A DNA stretch of 62,014 nucleotides, counting the filler, from Sluysia triapertura (taxonomy: Eukaryota): NCBI GenBank assembly GCA_046118255.1. It is 5 parts of 5 records of this genome, joined end to end, with 100 filler letters (N's around TTAATTAATTAA, not from the genome) between each part and the next. Parts side by side here need not be neighbours in the genome. Positions count along the whole stretch, not along the records: positions 22,479 to 35,994 come from JBJNIA010035264.1; 4 more parts are not named here. One strand, 5' to 3'. Every line of letters begins with the position of its first letter. The stretch's first letter is position 1. This document shows, piece after piece, positions 25,250-36,094 of the stretch. Below the pieces are notes generated by a model, which worked only from the letters and a program-made list of their open reading frames with translations, did not search any database and was not told where the DNA came from. Both the position numbers and the translations under genes were made by a program.

Positions 25250-25954
25250 CTATAGAATATACAATATATAATAACAATAATAATTTTGGTTACTTAAATT
25301 CAAAAGAATTTAGTTTAAAGATTTTGAACGATTTTAACTTATCCGTATTACGGTATAAGCAAAATTACAAAATGATTTTAGGTGTGATTTTACTTCTCCC
25401 TTTTTACGGTGAGAAGATTATGAAACTTATAAGCAATAAACTCACTTTCATGGAAAAACTCGAAGGATTGTTCGATGATTACAATTTTTGGCAATTGTCA
25501 GTTATGAATATTAAGAGTATATCATAATTAGAGAATAATTAATAATTTGTATACGTTTCGTGATTATTAAAAACATATCAAGATTTCGGACTAATTTAAT
25601 TTTATTATTTAGTTATTGTTAACAATTTTAAATAAAAGCGCAACAGTCTATTTGTTCACCAAATTTATCTTGATTATCTAATTCATTTTCAGTATAAAGT
25701 GGCTTCACAGTTAGATCTCGCATTTCGTTTTCATTATTTTTATTATTTCATTACAACTTTACAAAAATTTGGGTTAATTTATAATATCAATAATGATTTT
25801 AACGACTTCATTAAATGTATTAAATAAATAAATAAAAAACTCAACACAAGTAACAATCCGATTCAAAAATGAATGTTACTTGTGAGGGGAAAGCAATATT
25901 CCAAACGTTTTTGTTTTTATTCAATTAATATGGAACCCACTTATCAAATTTTTC

Positions 25955-27710
25955 ACTTTACCGATTTGAGCTTAAATGAGTTAACATGGTTTGTTTGCTA
26001 ACACCAAACTTTAGTTCATAGACTTTTCGTTCGTAATTATTGACCTGTGATTCTGGGTGACCGCGTGACTCATTGGTAAGGTCAAAATGACGAAAAAATT
26101 TGATGCTTTTTGTTTAATGCGACATAGTCTATGCAGTAAGTACTCATACTTCGTAACATTGCAAATTTCCGGCTAATCTATTTTCAAAAAACTTTTTTAA
26201 TATTTTTAGAGCTTACATTGATTTCTTGTATCAGTCGAGATACGTAACTTCCCAACAAAAATAACAGAACGGCAAAATATTAAGCTATTAAATATGGCAA
26301 TACTATTTACTGCAAATTTCATCCTTGCGAACCTAATAATAATAATCCATGAGCTAGACGGCCATAATGACATCCTAATTCGTATTTGCAAAGAAACTTA
26401 TCAACAGTTTTAATTTCTTCAACAATAAAATCATTCACAATCAATTTTGTTTTCCGAGTGAACAATTTCCTCAATGATATAAACTTTTCGATTTGATATA
26501 CTCGAAATTCAATTAAAGATTCTTGACTAAGTCTTAGATTACGACTGAAATAAAAAACTTTTATGAGTAATCCGTTCGTCGAACTTATTCGATTTTGGAG
26601 TTACTGGATTTATAATTATTGTTTTTGTTATGTTATTAGTAAATATTTGATTAAGATTAACATAAAATAAATTAGAAAAAAGAATTTATTAAAATTAATT
26701 TAAAGATTTCATAATTAACTTTACTATTTGCAAAATTAATCTAGTAATGACACAATATTTTATTACAAAATATATGAAACGGAATTGTTACATCAAAAAA
26801 TGTCAAAAATTTTACGTTAGGGTTTATACCCTCTATATTTCGATACAGTGTAACTTGATTTATTTGTGGACTCCTTAATAATAATAAATAATAAATACCA
26901 AATCAATCTACGTCTACGAAAATACAAAATTATAATTACTTGCAGTCTTGATTTATCAACACCATAATAGTCACTCTCTTCGTACTGAAAATGAATTTGG
27001 TAATTGTTGATTTTTGGTTTGGTAAACTGCTTAATCGTTGCATATGTTCATTTGTATCTTTGTCATTGTAGTTCATTTCGAAGACATCGTGGTAATAGCC
27101 GCAAGATGTCCCAAATTTATCGAATTGGAATGGGCATTGTGTCATACGTTTCTGCATAAGAACTGCACAACTTGAATTGACAGTAAGAAGATTATCATAA
27201 TGCCTATTGTATTGGTTTAACTTGATTGGCATATTATGTTGGTATTGGGTTTCATTATTCTTAAGCATGTCCTTTGAATATAGAATGCATTTGCAGATAA
27301 ATTTTCTTCAATTATAAATGGAGACAAAATAAAACGAAGTCTTTTGGAAACATAATTAATTATAAATTCAAATATCACGATCTCTTGATATAAATGTTTT
27401 ACTTCATTATCAACGTTGGATTTTATCTTTGAAATAATTTGACTATAGATATAGTCATTTAATATTGTCTTGGAGTTAACGTGTTCACAATTTTGATTAT
27501 ATATCTGTAATGAAATAATATTTTGCAAATGAGGTTGATGAAATTGTGTTTTTAGCAGTTGGAACATTACAGGAACAAATCTACTGACTACAATATTATG
27601 AAGATTATGTGAACGATGTGGCCTCAATTCTTTGTAAGTAAATTTTTGTGTAACGTAAAACACTAACAAATATCTATTTGCCTGATAATAAATTGAGATC
27701 ATCCGAGACT
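25955..27710 (-). pseudogene. Multi-exon decayed gene with PH-like then CNH-like segments
   Basis: Exon-like blocks ~27710-26940 (one frameshift near 27300), 26544-26217 (in-frame stops) and 26177-~25955, joined by GT-AG introns (26939-26545 phase 2; 26216-26178, 39 nt). Motifs: RKFICKCIL, YDNLLTV, VFEM, KFIFST (PH-like) and GLLLLGS, YVALNKSIKFF (CNH-like). The domain call is tentative. Confidence 0.4.
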
Positions 27711-28167
27711 TTATTAACCTTTAGGTATTCTTGAAAATTTGATAGGTCTTTGAGTAAACTGGTGGAGTGTTTAACATCTTTAAAATGAAAGAGAAACAAA
27801 ATGTTTGTTCAAAATAATAAAGATAAGCTTAATATAGTAATAATTAACATGAAGAATTAGGAAAATGAATCAGAAAGGTGAAGGTGAAAACATCTAGAGC
27901 CTCCTGAATGCCTTATTAGCTATTAAATAGCGTTTGAGCTTTAATAAAACATTTAATCATAAAATAAGATTAAGTCTAAAAATAGATTAATTAATTAAAA
28001 TCTTAATTAACTTAATTAAGAAAAAATACGATTTTGTGAATAACATTTGAATAAGGAATGCTATATTAAATTTGAAACTGAGTATATATTTGTTTTAAAA
28101 ATACCTTTAGATGAAGGTGTAGTTTGACTGAGTTCAGGCAAGGAAAGCCTTAATATTGGACAGAGTC

Positions 28168-31100
28168 AAATTTTAATTAATTTTTAATTATGGAATGTTG
28201 AATTTTTTATACTTAGAGCGATGCAAATGTAATGGATTGAATATGAAATGATTGCTATGAAAGAGGAAAATCTATAAATGAGTTCGAAATGTTTTTAGAT
28301 GTTTTTTTGAGAATAAGAACCTTAAAATATTTTTCATTAGAAAATTGGGTGTGAAAAATAGAAAATCAATTAAATAATAAAAGTGAAATTAAATTCATTA
28401 TTTTTATGTATGTTAACAGTATTGCTAATTGTTATTTTAATGTGAGAAGTAATTTAAGTAAAATTAGATTAAGTAGAGTAAAAGGAAATGATGGTTGATA
28501 ATAAATCAGATTTCTACGTTTTGTACCTAATGAAGTTTAACAGAACGTACTGTGTAATTTTCATATTTGTTATTCTCGGTCTAATTATCTAAGAGGTTTT
28601 GATGATTTGTGTGAGAGAGTGTTTGATTGTGAGACTTGTGATTGATTGAATGATGAGAGAGTATAAAATAAAAATTTTTAAATTTTTACAACATAGTTAC
28701 ACAATCACATATACAAGAAGATTTACAGAATTAAGAAGATCTTGGTAGGGATATTTTATTATTTTATTATTCTAATTTATTATTGTAATGTCATCTTAAT
28801 ATTGTTTTAATATTCTGATTATTATTATCATTATTATTTTATCTGTTTTTAAGGGATTTTAAAATCATTTGGAGGGAGACCTCCTTTGCAATTTTTTTGG
28901 GACTTTAAAATTAGTTTTGTGAGAGACACCCTGCACAATTTACTTTTTGAAATATTAATTTTTTTTTATATTACTGTTAAATTTTAGGAATAATATCTGT
29001 CCAAATTTTTGTTATAATATTTAATCGTAATTACGTTTGCTTAACCTTTCTAGAATTATTTGGGCACTATCATTATTCTTCACTCTCCAGATATTGATAT
29101 TTGTAGTGTCTGTTGCGTCACTCCTAGTTTATTTAGTTATATTGTAGTGTCATTAATATTACTATAAACATTATTATTAATCTTTTATTATTATTATTAT
29201 TATTAACAATATTATTAACCATTTTTGCCAGTGTCAATATTGTTTAGCAGAGATTTATAATCATAATAAATTATAATTTGATTTTTGTTTAATATTAAAT
29301 TATTGTGTTATTTTTGATTTGATTTCCAAAAGCTTAATTTTGGGGTGAATAATAAGAGAATTATTGGAAAATCATACTTGATATAGTGACTACTTAAAAT
29401 ATTAAGATTCTTTTTAAGCTAATTAAATTAATATTGAGTTATCACAACTAATAATTTTGAAAGACGCAACAATATATACTAACAAATGACATTCTTTTAT
29501 AAGGAGATCGATAATTACATTTTCACAAATTATACATTTTAAATTCTTGTTAATAGTTTAATAAATGTGATTGATATTTGGAAATGAATTTCAAAATATT
29601 TGAATGACTTATGACATAAAAATTTTTACTTAATTTGCTTACAAGAAAAAATTTCAATTATTATATTCGAACAAAGCTTAAGAAAGGTAATAATACAATA
29701 GTGCAAGTATTATGTTAATAATAATAATATAGATAATAATAATAATCATAGAAAAATAATAGTTTTAATTATAGATTTTAATAGGTTTTAATTATAGGTT
29801 ATAGATGGTTGTGTAAAGTAAATGGTTGGAACGTAACAGTTTAAATGCACTAAAATGTAATAATGAGTGGTTGATTATGAATTGTTTATATTGTGAGAAT
29901 GTTTTAAAGTACATTATTTACTAACACATGATTTTAGGTCTTGAAACACCACAATAACTTGAGAATTATGATAATAAGTGTTCTTTATGTGCAAACAATT
30001 TATTTTAAATCAAAGAAAATTATATAACAAGGTGAATTAAACTGGATTTAAAAAGGGTAAGTTCATTAAAATGAACAGAACTTTATAAACATATAATCAC
30101 GACATCTATGCATGCGACAACTACTTTCAATCATTGTTCTAAATTGTAACTAATTACTTGCAGGTTAATCACTTCAATTTGTTTGGTTCGCTCCACAATC
30201 ACCTCTGTAGAAATAATAATAATAATAATGCCACGTCTTTGAAAAGTATTAGTTACGCTAAATCAATATCAATTTAATTAACTTTAATAAAATCTCAATA
30301 ATTTAAGTAGTTACTATATTAAGTATAAATTGACAATTAATATAGTTACTGATAATTAAGTTTTTGAAAATCAAATTAATAACAAAATAATTTAATGATT
30401 AACAAAAATAAAAATACAAATTATTATTATAAATCTCCACTATACAATACTAAAAATGACTAAAATGACAAGATTAACAATCACGTATATAATAGTATGA
30501 AGGATGTGGCAGTCTACGTGAAGAAACCAGACTCAAAAAACACTAAAAATATCAATAGTAATGATGCTTAAAAATTTTTAAAAATAAATTGGGCAGAGTG
30601 TCTTAAAATAGCTAACTTAAAATAGTTAACTTAAAATAGCTAAAAATCAAATAATTAACTTAAAATAACTTAAAAATAAATTGGGCAGGGATCCTCCCAA
30701 AAGTCGAATTTATAAATATCTAAAACGTTAACATTAAAATTAAAAATTAAAATTAAAGTTAAAATTAAAATTAAAAATAATAATTAAATATATAACTGAA
30801 AATACTACAAAATAATAATAACACCCCTCAAAAAATGAATCGAATTATCAACAGCTTAAACATTAAAATAGTTCTTTATTATTGCAAAATTACTATTATT
30901 TCCCTAAAAAATGTATTCATTTATTTCATTTTGTTTTGTTTTATTTTATTTAAAGTAATAAATTAATAAAAAATATTACCACATGCGTGGATGCTCGATG
31001 TCTGTGTAATTGTGTTGTGAAAATTTAAAAATTTTTATTTTACTCTCTCTAATCATCCAATCAATCCCAAGTCTCACAATCAAACACTCTCTCACACAAA

Positions 31101-31538
31101 TCATCAAAACCTCTTTGAGAATCAGACCGTCAATAACAACTTCGACAATTACACAGTACGTTCTGCTAAACTTCATTAGGTACAAAACGTAGAAATCTGA
31201 TTTATTATCAACCATCATTTCCTTTTACTCTACTTAATCTAATTTTACTTAAATTACTTCTCACATTAAAATAACAATTAGCAATACTGTTAACATACAT
31301 AAAAATAATGAATTTAATTTCACTTTTATTATTTAATTGATTTTCTATTTTTCACACCCAATTTTCTAATGAAAATTGTTTTAAGGTTATTATTCTCAAA
31401 AAAACATCTAAAAACATTTCGAACTCATTTATAGATTTTCCTTTTTCATAGCAATCATTTCATATTCAATCCGTTACATTTGCATCACTCTAAGTATAAA
31501 AAACTCAACATTCCATAATTAAAAATTAATTAAAATTT
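28168..31538. repeat. 3.4-kb imperfect palindrome with 536-bp high-identity outer arms
   Basis: 28168-28703 is the reverse complement of 31003-31538. Weaker inverted matches continue inward (28872-28955 vs 30575-30698; 29240-29340 vs 30355-30450). Confidence 0.92.
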
Positions 31539-31606
31539 ATAAAATTATAGATACTACATAGTTCATAAGTATAGTTGACCTGCAATTTTTGGCTTTATAT
31601 TCAAAT

Positions 31607-31655
31607 CCTACGGACTAGCCGTAACCCGTAAGCTTAGGATCGTAGATGAACTCAC
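31607..31655 (-). other. Dispersed structured motif, copy B
   Basis: Minus strand GTGAGT-TCA-TCTACG-ATC-CTAA-GCTTAC-GGGTTACGG-CTAG-TC-CGTAGG. Confidence 0.8.
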
Positions 31656-32131
31656 ACAAAACATAAAATATTTCATTGATAAAATAAAACATTTTCAATA
31701 TATAAATATATATACTCAAGAGAAAAAGATAAACTAATAGAAAAAAACTGTGCTTAAAATATATCAAGTACATTTATAATAAATGTATCTCATAATTTTA
31801 ATATGCTTTTACAATACATTTTATTTAAGTGATAATTTACAAAAAGCAATGCGGAAAATATGAAGCAAAAGTAATGAAATTATATAAGTGACTATTAAAA
31901 ATTATTTATTTTTGCGTTCTAAAATTTATTTTTTATTATTTATTATCACCCTGTTAAAAAACAAAACTCAATATAAATGATAAAAATGTATATTTTACAG
32001 ACAAGTTAAAATTTAAAAGATAAACTTATTGTAGTTATAAAAGATTAATTAATCTTAATTTATAATGAAAATTATATTAAAGAGAAATTTAAATTATATA
32101 GTATAATTTAAATAGTTTAATTAAGTTTGTA

Positions 32132-33619
32132 CTATTTAAATTTATTTTTATCAACTAAATATACATCTTCAAATAATTCATTTTGAATATTGGCAATATA
32201 ATTGAAATAAGGACAATCTAAATGTTCTACATATTTATCTTTGGAGAACATTTGTTTAACACAATCAGAACTTAATTCATTAGTAACTACCATCATATTT
32301 TTACTGGAAGGTAATTTTATCGGTGGTTGATAGTCATGCATTTTTGTTAAATCAAAATCCTTAAATAAATCCCATTGATTAGGAAGCCATAATATTCCAT
32401 TGTTATTAGTTAAACGTTTATCATAAGGACATATTAAATTATGGAAAACTTCCGTGATTTCTGGGTAGTTTTTGCATCGCTGTTTAATGAATTTTTCACT
32501 GAGAAAACTTTCTGTTTTCCAATTAATAATTGAATGAGTTAATTCAAAATCTTTGTTATTTATAACGTGTTTGTATGGACGACAACCAAATAATAGATGA
32601 AACAATATAATACCCAAGGCCCAAAAATCACCCCGATCATCATAGGAGGCTTTTGAACCGTCAACATATTCTGGAGCAGCGTAATAACGATTACCCCATA
32701 ATCGTGTAACTGTTGAAACATAAGGATATAACAAATGAAAAGTTGAACAATTTGTCTTATAATCGCCTTTACTTGAACATCTACACTTTCGTTTTGAGAG
32801 ACCGAAGTCGATTAACTTAATATGACCTTCACAAGTTAATAAAATATTATTTTCTTTTAGATCTCGATGCAATACACCTTGATCATGAATATATTTGATA
32901 GCTGATAGTAATTCTGCTGCATAAAACTGAAATATTTTAAACTGTTTTTTATTTATTGGTGGTATTTTTTCAATAAAAGAGTTATTATTTAAAGCGGCTA
33001 CTAAAATTGAGTACAGATCTACATTGTTATCATCTTTAATTAACCGTTTAACATAAGTTATTGTTTCACCATCAATAAATTCCTGTACAAATACTGATGC
33101 TAATTGTCGATCAATAAAACAACAATATAATTTTGGTGTCCATAAACCACCTAATCTAATTAAACAATCACGTTCGTTTATCAACTGTGAATAATGATTT
33201 TGTAAATTTTCATTTTTACGAACACCAATCATTTTAATAAAACATATTTTCATTTCATTTTCTGATGTTTGAAAATTATTTAAATTTAAAGATGACATGA
33301 AACCTTTTCCAAAGCTACCTTGACCAATTAATTTATGATAAATAAAAGCTTTCCAATTTAAATTATTTAAACTAAATTGTAAATTTAAAGAATTAATAAT
33401 TATATTGTCATTTTTAAAATTAGCACAATATCGCCAATTTAAGTATTCTTTATTATAAAACATACTTTCCGAAAAAGTAAAATAATCCTTCAGCTTTATG
33501 ATATATTTATCTTTAATTTTATGCCTAACTGCTTTTAATTCTGATGAACGAGCTTTATTACATGATCCTTTGTTTCTACATTTTGAAAGTTTTGGTTTAA
33601 TTCTTACCCTTTTGGGCAT
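32132..33619 (-). CDS. Intronless Ser/Thr protein kinase, AGC group (NDR/MAST/DMPK-like features), 495 aa
   Basis: Contains GQGSFG, a beta3 Lys (CFIKM), alphaC Glu (INERDCL), LWTPKLYCCF, HRDLKENN, GHIKLIDFGLSK, YYAAPE, DFWALG, YDKRL, an AGC-tail PPxxP (QPPIKLP) and a hydrophobic-motif-like PYFNY. Uninterrupted ATG-to-TAG ORF. Confidence 0.9.
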   Translation of the reverse strand: MPKRVRIKPKLSKCRNKGSCNKARSSELKAVRHKIKDKYIIKLKDYFTFSESMFYNKEYLNWRYCANFKNDNIIINSLNLQFSLNNLNWKAFIYHKLIGQGSFGKGFMSSLNLNNFQTSENEMKICFIKMIGVRKNENLQNHYSQLINERDCLIRLGGLWTPKLYCCFIDRQLASVFVQEFIDGETITYVKRLIKDDNNVDLYSILVAALNNNSFIEKIPPINKKQFKIFQFYAAELLSAIKYIHDQGVLHRDLKENNILLTCEGHIKLIDFGLSKRKCRCSSKGDYKTNCSTFHLLYPYVSTVTRLWGNRYYAAPEYVDGSKASYDDRGDFWALGIILFHLLFGCRPYKHVINNKDFELTHSIINWKTESFLSEKFIKQRCKNYPEITEVFHNLICPYDKRLTNNNGILWLPNQWDLFKDFDLTKMHDYQPPIKLPSSKNMMVVTNELSSDCVKQMFSKDKYVEHLDCPYFNYIANIQNELFEDVYLVDKNKFK

Positions 33620-35880
33620 GTATTTATAATTATATTATTGATATTTTTATATAAAATGTTATGCATAAATTGAAAGTCATTTTAAAATATACAATCGAAA
33701 AAACTTCTTACGAAATGAATATAAAATTTTAGGATTCGTCTACAGTCTATAATTTACACTTTACCTAGTTCAAGAGGTTTAATTGTTATTTTATCATCAC
33801 ATGTTCTCTTTCTTTTTAAAGGGTCAACTTTTAGATAATCTTTCGCCAGAATTGTTCTCAGTTACCTGTTAGTCTTAGGCTTAGTCTTATAATATTTAAT
33901 TGAGATCCTGTAAAATATTTGCTGATAATGCTACAATATTAATGTCATAGAGTACAATGGATTGAAAAATCAAAAACGTTTACAATATGTGGTTCATTAT
34001 TTTTTCAATAAACCAAAATATATGATTCTAGGTGGAAATGTTAACTTGAAATTACAAAAAAATAAATCATTCATTACCATACACGTATTCAACAAAAAAC
34101 AAATGATTCATTATTTATCACAGGTAAGTTTTTTCTTAATTTATTATTAATTATCACGGAAATATCGAACAATATGTATAAATTGTTGGACGCAATTATT
34201 TGATGTAAGTTTTTATTATTAATATAAATATTATTTAGTGTTAAGTAACAGAAGAATAAATCGTTGCAAATAAACATATGTGGCACAATTTGATTTTTGG
34301 AAATCAAAAATATGTATAAGTAATATTTTTTTAATTAAGCACTTTGTAGACTATTTGATAATGATGAATAAGGCCGAAAGTGAAAATAAAAACAAGATGT
34401 CAAATCGTAATTGTTGTTTTTATTAAATTATTTCTTTTTAGTTTTAGAAATAACAAACGGAGATAGGATTAATGCCGAAGAAGATGGAAAAAGTAATTTA
34501 GTCGGACAGAGGTTTAGGAAGAGGCTTTTGTCCTCAAAAAATATCCATTTAGAAATTTTAAACTGCAATTTAAGTGATCAAAATATAAATACAGTAATTT
34601 TTTTATATCGAAATAATAGTTAATTTAAAAATCAATTAGGAACATTAGAATCCAGGCAGGATCTAAGGTGTTAAGTTTGGTAAGGATGACTGAAGCAGCT
34701 AAGGAGTACGATGGTGATTTTATAAAATTCGTAACGGACTCAGTAGGTGAAAAAAACAGACTTAGGTAGTGGCTGAGTTGTAAACCAAATTTTAGAACTT
34801 ATTTTATTATAACAAAATTTTCAGACTTAATAATTTTAAACGATAAGTCATATATTAAGATACCAGATAGATTAATACATGCTCATAGTGTTATTAATGA
34901 TAATTTATGTTTTTTATATTCAATATTATCACTTTTGGAACGAAGCCTTAGGTCTCGTGTTAGAAATTACTGAAAATATTTGGATGAATTCTGTTATAAA
35001 GAATTTAAATTCTTCATGAATAAATTTAATATATCTAAATTTGAACGATTAAATAACTTACAGATAAATGTATTTAAATATAATGCTATTGATGAATATG
35101 AATAAGGACGATAAATTTAAAAATTCATTTATTAATAATTACATATAAATAAATGTAATAGCTGAACAATGATTAATTTATTATTATTAAAGGCGAAAAA
35201 CCTTTCCATTACGTAGCAGTCAGGGACTTAAATAAATTTCTTAATATAGGTATTAAGAATTTTTTAAGAATAATCTGTAAGTAATGCACAAAGTTTTTAA
35301 GAACATTTAAGCCAGATATATTATTTAATAAAAATCTTTAAGGAGATACTTTGTAAACTGTCAATTGACACTAAATGTGAAATTGTTTATCACAGTAAAT
35401 CAATATTACCACTATTCGTTATTTATGCAGACTAACAATATCAACAAAAACATGAGGTATTAGCTGCATATTATTTATTAGCAGGCCCAAAAATGGAATA
35501 CTAGAGTTTTGCTGATAATATAAAGTAAGGTTTTGAAAAAGATTGAAAAACTTGTTCAAAATATAATTATGCCTTATTACCATGATAAAAAGAAATGAAT
35601 TTACGAAAAATTTCAGTTTAACCATTCAAAATCATGCTTTTTGTGTAAAAAACCAGCAACTAAACTTGTCAAAGATTATGACCGTTTCAGTGGTAAATAT
35701 TTAGGTTCATCTTTTAATACATGTAATTTAAGTAGAAAAATTCGTCTGACTTTACCGGTACTATTTCATAATATTCCATTCATCTTGTACTAAAATATGC
35801 GTTAGATGAATTAATAAATTAGGAAATAACTTATATACCACAAAGTTCAGAGAAGTATTAAGCCTTATTTGTTTATTCAC

Positions 35881-35994
35881 ATTTGTTTATTGAATAATGT
35901 GAAGTCAAATGAGGTATATGTGAAGCATGGAGTTCCTCAGGGATCAATACTTGGTCCATTATTGTTTATAATATATATCAATGATGTTTCAAGT
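35881..35994 (+). mobile_element. Non-LTR retrotransposon reverse transcriptase fragment (CR1/L2/Jockey type)
   Basis: [38 protein letters not shown] contains the GVPQGSxLGPLLFxxYIND RT motif. Cut by the gap. Confidence 0.9.
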
Positions 35995-36094
35995 NNNNNN
36001 NNNNNNNNNNNNNNNNNNNNNNNNNNNNNNNNNNNNNNTTAATTAATTAANNNNNNNNNNNNNNNNNNNNNNNNNNNNNNNNNNNNNNNNNNNN
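35995..36094. other. Artificial contig linker
   Basis: Identical 100-bp spacer. Confidence 0.97.

Noticed and set aside
23700-27700. Stop-codon reassignment explaining the in-frame stops in coding-like blocks
   Set aside because: TAA, TAG and TGA all occur along with frameshifts, while the intact genes read cleanly in the standard code. Pseudogenisation fits better.
30976-31218. Overlapping ORFs 30976-31218(-) and 31010-31192(+) as small genes
   Set aside because: They lie in the palindrome arm, and the equivalent minus-strand frame is broken by stops in the other arm. Repeat-derived.
34400-35750. Extended decayed LINE ORF2 upstream of the RT fragment
   Set aside because: Purine-rich and suggestive, but no motif could be read reliably. 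Only 35881-35994 is called.
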